Part shown: positions 51,702 through 62,064 of the stretch, one piece after another
Position numbering within the stretch: the first letter of the stretch is position 1
Layout: each line of letters opens with the position of its first letter
Source: Pavona decussata
Taxonomy: Eukaryota
Length of the DNA stretch: 64,000 nucleotides
Direction of reading: 5' to 3'
Assembly (NCBI GenBank): GCA_977016875.1
Contig: CDRNST010000060.1
Span: 1,240,001-1,304,000 of the forward strand
Notes under the pieces: model-generated
What the model was told of the DNA's origin: nothing
Database searches by the model: none
Seen by the model: the letters and a program-made list of their open reading frames with translations, nothing else
Translations under genes and position numbers: made by a program

Positions 51702-52892
51702 TCACTGAGTTATAGCTTGAAAGCTTCCGCTAAAGCATCCTGTTCCCATCGGCTTAAGCAGTTTAAAAGTTCTATTAGATCGATTATGTCTGTTTTGGGA
51801 AATTTTTATTTTCTGCTTTGGATTAACGAAACATGTCTCCAACGTTTCTTCGTCTTCGTCTACACCAGATTTGGTCTTGACTTTTTCCAGTGGTGACCGT
51901 TGTTTTGGAAGCAGGCTCACTTTTTTTACTTCTTTTGGACGCAGACGTTCGTGAGGGATCAAGTCTGGGTTCCTTTCAGACGGTCCCTTTGGCAGTTCGG
52001 CCGAAGGCCATGAAAGAGTGGAACAAAGTTTTTGTTTCCTACCAGGTGTCGGACGATATCTGCTTAAACCGAGTTTTAGCTTTTCGTCTTTGTTAACTGT
52101 AGGGGAGCTTGTTTGCGCGGTACACTCTCCAAGTATATCTGCGTCTCTTTCCTCTGTCAATTCTGGAATAACACTCAGTTCTGTTTCGTCCAAGGACATC
52201 GATTTAAACCTTGAATCTAAAGATTGTCGCGCCATGTTCTCGGGCCGTCGTTTGTTCCTGAGAACTCGTTTAAAAGCTAAATATCCCATAGTAACCGACG
52301 ACATTGAGTCGGAAACGCAAGGTTCCTCGGCGGCTGAGCGAAGTTTAGCGATGTATTCTCGTTTGCTCTGAAAGGCGTAACGTGTTTGCGCGGGGTCGCT
52401 GCTCGGAGAATTCGGAGACCAACTGTAGGACCTTGGTCGCAAGAGCTTACGATTTTCTGGATTCTCTTGGCTATTTGAGTTATTTTTAAGTAGCATCTTT
52501 CCTCCAAGACACTGCGACATCTTCGATTCCATCCTAATTGTTTCTGTTGTTGTGCGTTCAGACTGGGCTCTTCTCAGCAACCTTGGCAGTTTTGCAACTG
52601 TGGCGGTCGTCTCACCCGCGCAATTTTCTGTCTTTTGCATTGTGCCATTCACTAGTTCTTCCTGATCCTCTTGGATCACGTAGAGCGGCTCAAACACACG
52701 ATGGATCGTTGTAAGGTCATTTAACACCTTGACTTTCTCGTGGTAGCTTGTTCGCATACTCTTGTGTTTCGCTCTCTCTATCTTGCCACTGATTTCGTCC
52801 AGGCGTTCTTGCCTTGCGCGGGTTTTACGAATAGTGTCCGTTTCCTTTTGCACATTTCTTTTGTGCATATTTATATATTTCGTTCCTTGCAT
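51702..52892 (-). CDS. Orphan gene E: uninterrupted ORF, 396 aa (conserved Met at 52868); N-terminal CCDC190/DUF4697-like helix and disordered body; paralogue of F
   Basis: Long ORF with several blocks conserved with gene F, showing synonymous-only differences in SDSMSSVTMGYLAFKRVL. Polypyrimidine-CAG acceptor at ~52992 suggests a non-coding first exon. Confidence 0.9.
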   Translation of the reverse strand: MQGTKYINMHKRNVQKETDTIRKTRARQERLDEISGKIERAKHKSMRTSYHEKVKVLNDLTTIHRVFEPLYVIQEDQEELVNGTMQKTENCAGETTATVAKLPRLLRRAQSERTTTETIRMESKMSQCLGGKMLLKNNSNSQENPENRKLLRPRSYSWSPNSPSSDPAQTRYAFQSKREYIAKLRSAAEEPCVSDSMSSVTMGYLAFKRVLRNKRRPENMARQSLDSRFKSMSLDETELSVIPELTEERDADILGECTAQTSSPTVNKDEKLKLGLSRYRPTPGRKQKLCSTLSWPSAELPKGPSERNPDLIPHERLRPKEVKKVSLLPKQRSPLEKVKTKSGVDEDEETLETCFVNPKQKIKISQNRHNRSNRTFKLLKPMGTGCFSGSFQAITQ

Positions 52893-53487
52893 GCTGTACT
52901 TCTTTATATCATCTTACAAGATGTTGTCCTTTCTTGTACACGGATAGATTTGCAAATCCAACATTAGCTGCCGCCTACATGTTAGTGTCACCTGAGAAAG
53001 GCACGAAGAAAATCTTCTGTCTACGTCAGTGAGTGCCTTGTTTTTTTACGTCCGATGTCTAATTCTACAAAGGTCGCACAACGTTTCTGTGCTGCAATTT
53101 GTAGAGTAGGTAAGTAAGACACCTGTAATTATACAGGGTAACCGTATCAGGAGCTACAGTAACTGCTATCAACAGGGGCTCTTGCAAAAGAAAAACTACA
53201 AGTGAAACCAAAAGCTATACAATATATATCAAGCTAAAATGTTAAGAATAAAACTATTTACAATAATAATTAGGTTGTAAAGGACATAAATAAAATTAGC
53301 TAAAAGATAAATATAGACTGATCATGAATTTAACTAGAGAGATTAACCGGCTTTGATTTTCCGGCTGGCGAGAGTTGGAAAAAATCTCGCAATTATTGTT
53401 TGTAAAATAAGTATTGAAAGTCAACACGGTCCAGTTGTTTGAAAGTGGGATATATGAAATTCAAAAACCAAAGATAAAGCAAATCAT

Positions 53488-53866
53488 GAGAATGATGTAT
53501 TATTATTCAGTAAGTGACACAGGCATACTCGGAAAAAAATCCGAGTGCTCCTATATATAGGGAGTCGAACTTAAGACCTTCCGATTACTAGTTTGGATGC
53601 TCTACCACTGAGCTACAGGAGACTCGTGGGGACTAAGGCCATTAAACTAGGTTTATTGTGGCATAAGTGCAATGAAATAAACGTGATGGAATGTTTTAAG
53701 CCTGGTGAATAAATGAGAATGACGTATTATTCAGTTAGTGACACAGGCATACTCGGAAAAAAATCCGAGTGTTCCTATCTTTCCGAGTATTCCTGTGCCA
53801 CTTTCTAGAATAATACGTCATTCTCATTTATTCACCAGGCTGAAAAATAGTCCATCACGTTTATTC
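53488..53866. mobile_element. tRNA-like repeat: ~225-bp unit in partial tandem followed by an inverted segment
   Basis: ATGAGAATGA.GTATTATT...GACACAGGCATACTCGGAAAAAAATCCGAG at ~53487 and ~53713. The segment 53781-53866 is the reverse complement of ~53676-53760. Confidence 0.9.
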
Positions 53867-56294
53867 CAAAGGAAATCATGCACCCTGAAGTGTTTGGATA
53901 TCTGATGAAAAACTCCTCTTCTTTGCATCCTAAATTTAGTACCCTTCAAAATAAGTTTGTTTGAGAATGCATGCATTTTTCAAAGATGATAAAGCTTCAA
54001 TTTAAAAAAATATCCCAAACATTACTTTGTATTCTTCGGCTTTTTAGAATAATTGTTGCTTAATTGTCTCGAAAAGGTTACATGGTTACCCCCCCCCCCC
54101 CATTTTTTTTAAGGGGGGGGGGGGGGATTCCAATAGCCCTTGCTAAGATCTGCTATTCTCGCACAGTCATAAACCGCGCAAAAATACTTCGGTATTAGTA
54201 TGCACCGTCCGTAAGAGCCTGCGTTATCACGCTTAACGTGGGGGGTACACATGAATTTGGATGGAATTTACAGAGGTTTAAGGAAGGGATAGAAGAAAGA
54301 AAATGATTTTTGGAACACTAACAGACAGTTGATACCCACGCAAGAGCACCCCAGGTTGCTAGTGGTCTAACTTGGTATCCGTCTCTTAATTATTAACTAC
54401 AAATTCTAATTTTAAGACTTCACTAAATCTTCAATATTTCTTATTTCTCTCAATTTTACCAATCCTTCTAGAAAAACTATCTCCTCCCAAATATACCTAA
54501 AAATCACCCAAAAATTTACAAAACACCTCAAAACATTGATTTTTGAAATGAGCATAGGGTTTCTGTATTGCTTGAAACGCGAACGAGATATTTCGTTTAA
54601 GCCGATTTTAAGCGGCGTGAAAACGGCTTTCTTGTAGACCCCTGCCGTAAACGTCGTTCCACTCAAAAAGGTCAACGCGGGCTCTGAATCACGTGTGAAG
54701 CCCATACGACGTCTGCGCATGAGTTCGCGTCCAGTAAAATTGAAGTGTCGGATCAGAATCGAACCGACAGGCTAATCAGGCTCTAGGCGATTTACCTCTC
54801 AAAGCAAAATGTTCTGTAGTTCTAGTCCTCTTTAGCTCAGTGGTAGAACATCCAAACTAGTAATCGGCGGAAGGTCATAGGTTCGAATTCTGTTGTGAGA
54901 ATTCGGATTTCCTTTTTCCGAGTATGCTGTAGATTATTCCACGTCAGGTCTGACCATTCAAAAAGAAACTACTGGGTTGTAATAGTGTGCTACTTCATGA
55001 GTACGCATGCGCAGTAACGAAATTAGTTTTGAGAGCTTAACCTTGCTCTGTTTTAACAAACAAATGACCAAAAATTAACGGTTGTTGTGCTTGCTAATGC
55101 TAAACTAAACCAAAATATCGAAGACTAAATTACCTTACATTTCTAGGCAAACTATCAAATAAGCTTGTTTAAAACTGCTATATAATTGTACAGGAGTCAA
55201 TTGAGTGTCAAACCAAAACGATTTTAATCACTTTGGCAACTCACTGCAAACGCAAACAAAAAAATAAACCTCTCAACACTTCAGTAAATAAACGTTAGCT
55301 GGTTTTGTTCTACTTCTAATTGGGTTGATGTAGCGCGAATGTCTTTTTTAACCAATTACAAGGCGTAGAAAAGCAGAACTAAATCAATCGTCGATTAGTT
55401 TGCAGGGCAACTTCAAGTGAAAACGACTTCGCATATCTAGAAGAACTAAATTCGGCTCTTTATGCGCATGAGATAGTTGACTGAGACACAGTCGATGCAC
55501 AAATGAAGTAGAAGATTTCTTTTATCGTGTCAGCTAGCAGTTGAAACACAATATAGAACCATCACAATAACATGTCAAATGATTAACATAAAATCACTTT
55601 GTCATAAGATTCGAAGCACCTCTATTCAAATTAGTTTACTATCATTGTTTATTGTTGTGTGTGTGTGTTTTTACTGTTGTCTGAATTTTATTTGGACCTT
55701 AAGAGAGAGGTAAACTATTTAGCTTGTTATCAGCTACTTTACCTAGTAAACCTGCAGATTGCTCAATCACATAAGAAACTGCAATTAATATCATTGTGCT
55801 CACTGTTTTTGCAGTCATGCGTTTTTTGGTCCCCAAAGACTTTCACTAATTGCTTACCATAACTCTATTCATAAGATAGGAACAAAGCTTTAAAATCTAA
55901 TTAATTTCGAGTGCAGGAAAGTATGTGATCTCTTGTAACCAATTAGGTTTACAAATAAAATAATTGTATATGGCAACCTTTGCGGAAGGGATTTAATATT
56001 GCGCTAGAAATTGTGATATATCGTCGATTATTGACTCGCGGAACTTCACTGGCAACATGCTTTTACGGGATGACTCGTGTGACCACGTTCGACGAAAACT
56101 GCTCAGTGAGTGGGAAACTCTTTTGAAAAAGTTATAACACAGTAAACAAAGCAAGAGAGAAAGTTGAAGCATTTCTGCAAACAAGAACAAAGCCGCAGCA
56201 AATTATTTTGCAGTAAGTGTATACAACTAATGGGAAGGTTAGAAGAAAATTGAGAAACAAGACAGAAACCCAGCGAAAAGAGGGAGAGACAAAC

Positions 56295-57560
56295 ATGCAC
56301 AAGAAAATTCTACACAGAAGCACAGACTCCGTTCGAATTGCCCGGGCAGCGCAAATACGCCTGGATGAAATCAGTGATAAAATCGAGCGAGACAAACACA
56401 GAAGCATGAAGTCTAATTATCACGAGAAAATCAAATTATGGAACGAACTTAAATCGATCCATCGAGTGTTTGAGCCGCTGTATGTGCTCAAGGAGGATGA
56501 AAAGAGACTAGCTAATAATCAGACCGTGGCCAAAGTTGGTACGGTGCAAAGTGAAGGAAATCGTGCGTGTAATATCAACGTTGATAGGAAGGCAAGCACA
56601 TCTGCTAATCAGCCAAGATTGCTAAGAAGAGCGGAAACTCAATCCACGAACTTACAGGCTAGAAGGGGAAGGAGACACACAGAACCAAAAATTACCGAAG
56701 AAAGGTTGCTTTTGGTCGACAGTTCAAAGGGTCAAGCTCAATTAGACAAGTCATCGTTCTTGCGACCAAGGTCGCAGAGCTGGTGCGCACCCGAGAGAGC
56801 ATCGAGCAGTGAGTCGAGCCGAGTACCCTCTGCATCGAGTGAGCGAGAACACTTAGCTAAACTTCGCTCAGCCGCCGAAGGGCCTCGCATTTCCGACTCT
56901 ATGTCGTCAGTAACTATGGGATATTTAGCTTTTAAGCGAGTTCTGAAGATCAAAGAGCAGTCCGACAGTATGGAACGGAAAGTCGTAGATTCTAGATTCA
57001 GGACGAGATCTATGGACGAAGCTGAACTTAGTGCGAACTCACGGCTTCTGATGCCTGAGCAGCCAGACTTGGCGGAGGAAAAACTTGAGGTTTTACAGGG
57101 AACGTTTTCACATCAAGCAAACCCTCATCTGGTTAGAAAAGGTAAAAAGAAGCCTAATTTCAAAAAGCTTCGCCCAGCACCTCCTGGGAAACGGCAACTT
57201 AGTTCATCTCTCTCGTGGCCTCTAGGCGAGCTGCCGTTGAGATCGCCAGAATTTCGTGGAAGGAACTTTATAAACCCCGATCTTTTGCGTGCAAAAAGCG
57301 TTGAAGAACCATTGAGGTCGAAAAAGTCAGAGATTAAAACTGAAACTACTCCAACGCTAAAAGCGATTGCTTCTCACACAAGAGAGCTCCCCAGTGAAAG
57401 CGACGAAGACGAAGAAAAGTTCGGAACATTTGAAGAAATCCCAACGATTAAAATGAAATTTAGGAACAACCAACACACTAGATATAGAGAAGCATCTAAA
57501 CTTCTTCATCCTCTGGGAACAGGGTGCTTCAGCGAAAGCTTTCAAGCTGCAAGCCAGTGA
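56295..57560 (+). CDS. Orphan gene F: uninterrupted ORF, ~421 aa; paralogue of E, transcribed divergently
   Basis: First ATG (aaacATG) aligns with the MHK of gene E. Shared blocks RLDEIS.KIER.KH.SM...YHEK, IHRVFEPLYV..ED, LRPRS.SW, AKLRSAAE.P..SDSMSSVTMGYLAFKRVL, DSRF...S.DE.ELS, LSWP, P.GTGCFS.SFQA..Q. AATAAA follows the stop. Confidence 0.92.
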   Translation: MHKKILHRSTDSVRIARAAQIRLDEISDKIERDKHRSMKSNYHEKIKLWNELKSIHRVFEPLYVLKEDEKRLANNQTVAKVGTVQSEGNRACNINVDRKASTSANQPRLLRRAETQSTNLQARRGRRHTEPKITEERLLLVDSSKGQAQLDKSSFLRPRSQSWCAPERASSSESSRVPSASSEREHLAKLRSAAEGPRISDSMSSVTMGYLAFKRVLKIKEQSDSMERKVVDSRFRTRSMDEAELSANSRLLMPEQPDLAEEKLEVLQGTFSHQANPHLVRKGKKKPNFKKLRPAPPGKRQLSSSLSWPLGELPLRSPEFRGRNFINPDLLRAKSVEEPLRSKKSEIKTETTPTLKAIASHTRELPSESDEDEEKFGTFEEIPTIKMKFRNNQHTRYREASKLLHPLGTGCFSESFQAASQ

Positions 57561-57937
57561 GAAAAATAAAATACCGACTTGTGCATTGATATCAGTGGTG
57601 GTAACAGAGTTTGTCTTATATCTATGAAGACTTTTCCTTATCCAAGTATTCTATTAAACCCCTTCACCTGCGAAATGGTTCATATTAAAGTCAGGAGAAT
57701 CTCATAAAAAAAAAAAAAAATGATAACTAATATAGAATAAAAACATTACCTGTGGAAGTCACTACACCAAAGACTCGAACGTCAAGCGACCTTTTATAGC
57801 AATATAATAAGTACCATCTGGCGGAAAGTTTGCTAAAAAGCTTTCATTTGAAATTGTCACACTACCAACTCGAGAGTTCGAGCCACTTTATTCAGCATAA
57901 TAGACTGCATTACAGACAGACATAACCCTTCTCAATC

Positions 57938-58125
57938 TTTACGTTCCTCTACTGAATCAGAAGTTACCAAAAGTTCCAAGTACAACCACCCTTTCGTATA
58001 GCGACCGTGCCTTCAGCATTGCCGCCTCTAAACTGTGAAATTCTGTTCTTCTTGAAATTAGAACTGCTGAAAACCTAAACCAATTTAAATCCAAACTGAA
58101 AACTCGTTTGTTTCGTATCGCGTAG
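57938..58125 (+). mobile_element. L2-clade LINE 3'-end remnant
   Basis: Translates to SYSDRAFSIAASKL*NSVLLEIRTAENLNQFKSKLKTRLF, matching the L2 C-terminal DRAFS.AAP.LWN.LP...FK..LKT.LF signature with a premature stop. Confidence 0.85.
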
Positions 58126-58614
58126 TTTTAACCTTCCGTAGACCTGAACGTTGAAATTGCACTCTTTTTAATCGTTTTTATTTTCTGATTATAGCTTTTT
58201 AACTATTGTTGTGACAAGATTTATCAATATCAATTTATCAACTTTGATCCACTTTTTAAACATAATAAGAAAAAGACCGCATGAATGCACTGTGCAATTT
58301 GAATGGTCAAACTTTAAGACTGTATCCACAGACCCAAACCACGTTGTGGTACTGTTTGTCGCTGATTGTCTGAAGGTGAAGAGAATACACAGGAAGGTTT
58401 GCCCTCTGAAACATTTGTTTTTTAAAGTTGTGCTGCTGCCGTGTTGCAAAACGTGATTTTGAGACGCTTCATTTAACGGCTGCAAGCACAGCATTGTGAA
58501 ATAAGTTTAATCCATCGTTGTAAAAGAGTAATTTATCACTGCCAAACATCAAAGTGTTGATTGGGTATATAAATTGCAGAGGGTGGGGATTTTGCACAAA
58601 GCGATCAAAGTAAT

Positions 58615-58790
58615 TAGAGTCTAGATGGATAAGGGTGTTAGTTACTAAAGAAATTGCAGTGCTGCGTCGGTGGGACGGAGAAACGAATGTTTGATATATC
58701 AGCAGAGTTGATAACTAAAGGTAATTTGGCCACCGTAAAGGGATTCGAGCGCTGACGTTTCGAGCGTTAGCCTTTCGTCAAAACGAGGCA
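58615..58790 (-). mobile_element. Penelope-like pseudo-LTR fragment with a decayed minimal hammerhead ribozyme (core 58751-58782)
   Basis: Minus strand TTGACGAAAGGCTAACGCTCGAAACGTCAGC: CUGAnGA core mutated to UUGACGA, then stem II, GAAA and the GUC cleavage triplet. Confidence 0.75.
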
Positions 58791-60388
58791 CGAAGGGAAA
58801 AACAACAAGGGAGAACAGCATCGGTAAAATAATTATAACTACAAAACCTAGTTCCAAATAAGAATTGAAGAGATGACTGTGCCTCTGTCTTTGCCAATTT
58901 GAGTTACTTTTGTCACTTAAGCCGACCACCTTGTGTTTAGAATAGACGTTGGGTAAAGTTGTAAAGGAAATGACAGTTTGAGACTCCAAAAGGTGGTCAT
59001 TTGGTCGCGTCGACAGGATGGTCGGATTAATGGGGTTTTGAGAAAAGAAAATTACTTTGGTCTTTCTAACGCCACGAGAAATAGTCCTGAAAACAAAGTT
59101 TCCATATAAACGGGGTGTAAGTAAGGCAGAGTTCCACTGTGCCAGCTTTAGACCCCAGGCGTTCTCTAGGCCCTTGTGCCTCAGTGTCCGCGAGAGGCCT
59201 GGTTCTTCGGTGTTATCAGAGCGCAAAGGTTACGTTATGCTGCCACTGTGCACTATTTTAGATCTATCCGTCACTTCAAGAATTTCATCTACCGGCTCAA
59301 AAGTTAGGATTGCATTTTGTGAATCAAGGCTCGACTCGATGTCAAACGTTCATCTTACGTTATTTTACCATCTTCCGAACATAGAACACTGACAGGAGGT
59401 CTTGTTGTATTGCATTCCCTCAAGGTATTTGACGGGAAATTGCGTGACAGTGAGGTTCCACGCAATTAGACACGGAAATTTGGACATGTCATTTATGATT
59501 CATTCATCGACAGGTGTTATAAAACAGCTTTTTATGAGAGCTAAAAAAGTTCGGTACATTGGGATCGCGAGCAATGTGAAAAAGGTGAAGTAGAAGCTAT
59601 CAATAAAACAGGACTTGACTACTTTAAGGTATACTTTTGTCAGTCAGGAGTATACCCGCACAGTTCGGTACATATTCATGTACACTGTCTTTGTTGCGAG
59701 TATCTTGTAATGGTGAGCTATCAAAAGCTTGTAGTGAATTGTCATTTGGCACTCTTATATTCAGTGGCTATTAATGTCAAATGAAAACTTCTAAGGTTAT
59801 CACAGTTCTCATAAGAGACATTTTATTCTTTCTGATATATTTTATGTAGTACTCAGTTTGAGCTGTTCAGCAATAAGAACCAAAAAGCTCTGATTTTATG
59901 ACGGTTGTTTGTGTTTTATTCCGTCTGTTGCAGTACTGGACGTTCATGCTGTCCAGGTTTACTTGCCATGGCGTACGTATATAGTCGTTCACTATGTTAT
60001 TATAGAAGTAGTGTCAGTTCAATTTCAGTCAATATGAGGAGCTCTATACTTGGAACTGCTCCCTCAATTTTGGCACACCCTCCTCCCCTTAGGTGGCGAT
60101 TACCCTCCTCTTCTCCTCTTGTTCTCAAGGTGTATGCCTCATTGCCCGGACGTAATTAATTCTAGTGGCTATCGTAGCAGCAAAGAAGTACAATGTATTT
60201 ACAACTATGTACGGTTTTTGATTGTTCAAAAGGCAAGCCTATTCTATGGCTACTAAAAGACCGACTCATCATTTTGCGAATGGTTAACACAAAATTATCA
60301 TGTGCTGAATAAAAATATTTTGAGGGTACGTGTGGTTTCTTCTAGCGAAAATTTGGACATTTTACGTGCAAAAGCAGGAAGAGCTCTG

Positions 60389-60631
60389 GAGCCCAGTTCG
60401 AAGCCCGATTAAGCTAATCCTGGATTAACGTTAACTTTGATTCGAGTTTACATGTAATACCTAATCAATAAAGATTCTTCCAAAAGATTTTTGTCCTTCA
60501 GTATTGACTTAGACTTCTCTTTACCTTTAGCTTGACATCAGCCTTTAAACCTATTTTTAAGGAGCGTGATGAAGACCTTAATTAACTTCTAATCGTGGAT
60601 TAGGGTTAATCGGCTTTCGAACAACCCGGCC
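60389..60631. mobile_element. Harbinger-type MITE; partial copy at ~31688-31765
   Basis: Arms GCCCAGTTCGAAGCCCGATTAAGCTAATCC and GGATTAGGGTTAATCGGCTTTCGAACAACCCGGCC, flanked by CTG. Confidence 0.75.
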
Positions 60632-60917
60632 CTGCTGGATAGGAAATATGTACATGCTAATAAGATCTTGCTATAATTCGGAGCGACGTGTACTGTTTGT
60701 AACTTTTTACATGGTTGGTCGAGAGGACAAAAGAACGAACAACAGAACAATTCTCCCAACCTAAAAAACAATGGAGGTGCAAGCTAAGTCATCGGGATCC
60801 AGTGAAACTAGAGCTTTTGAAAGGCCGGCAGGTCTACTGTATAATTCCCGCGTTAGGACGTATTGTTTATGATCCACATTTTGTATCCGACAATGTTTTC
60901 TTTATTGCTATATCTCG

Positions 60918-61174
60918 CTATTCCCTTGGTTGTAGTTTCATCTCGGTTCTTTTCAGAATTGCTATCTTATTCTTTGTCTTGTACCAGTAAATCCCTGTAA
61001 TGGGTGGATCGCTAGTCGGGGTATACTGCCCATTGAGGTTGGTCTGTGTGCAACGCTTATACCACCATGCTCCTTTGTGATCCACTGCACAGTTGCTGCT
61101 GTTCATATCAGCATCTTTGTCTTTTGTGGAAAAGGGTGCACCAGTGTTGTATGTAAACGAATCTGGACAAGACC
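60918..61174 (-). CDS. EGF-FReD gene, terminal exon: C-terminal part of the fibrinogen-related domain
   Basis: Acceptor tcgtAG at 61176-61175. G-SCPDSFTYNTGAPFSTKDKDAD...NCAVDHKGAWWY..C...NLNGQY...GIYW...EMKLQP* is the classic FReD C-terminus. Confidence 0.93.
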
Positions 61175-62064
61175 CTACGAGATACAAGATAAATTTAAAT
61201 TGAGTTTTACAGAGGGACAAAAAGCTGCGCAAGCTCTGATTGACTAAAATCTACGTCTTATTATATTACAAAGCATGAAAGTATGTTCCTCCACTGCGCA
61301 TGTGCCCCAGCTGACGTAGTACCTTGAATGTGGTATTTTCTATAGAAACCTTAGTATATAATATCTTGAAACAGATTTACGAGGGATTTTGATCAAGAAG
61401 GGTCTCACAGCAATGAGAAAATGAAACTTTTCAAACTCATTTAATGAAGTCCAACTTTTATTTGATGCCATTATTTCTTTCTTTTTATTGCCAAGTAAGT
61501 CATAACAATCAAGTACATCTTTGACTAAAGCTAATATCTAACGTCACGTTACAACCAAGCACCCGTGCGAATTCAAACAAAAAAAAAGAAATAGTGATTT
61601 TTATGACGGACTTATTTTATGAACAAAAAGGTCCAATCCCAATGTATATATCGAAATGATGCTTATTTGAAGAGAATTCGAACCGCTAGTGGCATCCTCA
61701 AACTTGCACACGTGTTCATATTTTGTTTAAAACTGATTGGCTTAATGCGCTGTGAGTGAAATTGATTCATTCAGTTTTACTACATCCGTTAGAGTGGTTT
61801 CCAGAAAAGTATCGGAATTGATTCGTGATTTTTTTGTTTTTGTTTGTTTGTTTTTCTGTATTTAACCACGTTCTGTGATTACACTCTTGAAAAAATCTCG
61901 CGCCAAGTTCTCAACTTATTACAAGTGAAACCAAAAGCAGTCGTATCTGCCGTGCGCCTTTTCCCATCCTTGGCTTCAGCTACATGTGTTCAGCTTCGAG
62001 TTCTGATTTGTTTATTGTGTCGTTCGGGTACTTTTTTTACGACAATTTTTGGAAACAGCTTTAC

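Noticed and set aside
52018-52371. Antisense ORFs sharing RTRLKAKYPIVTDDIESE with 56738..56953
   Set aside because: Shadows of the conserved E/F block. The sense frames are much longer, ATG-started, and conserved over many more blocks.
4793-54695. Apparent abundance of CACGTG E-boxes (circadian regulation)
   Set aside because: The count is only modestly above chance, and several sites lie in duplicated or TE sequence.
58699-59392. 175-aa and 111-aa ORFs as a seventh orphan gene
   Set aside because: Non-ATG starts and a mosaic of PLE/hammerhead, MITE and 105-bp-repeat fragments.
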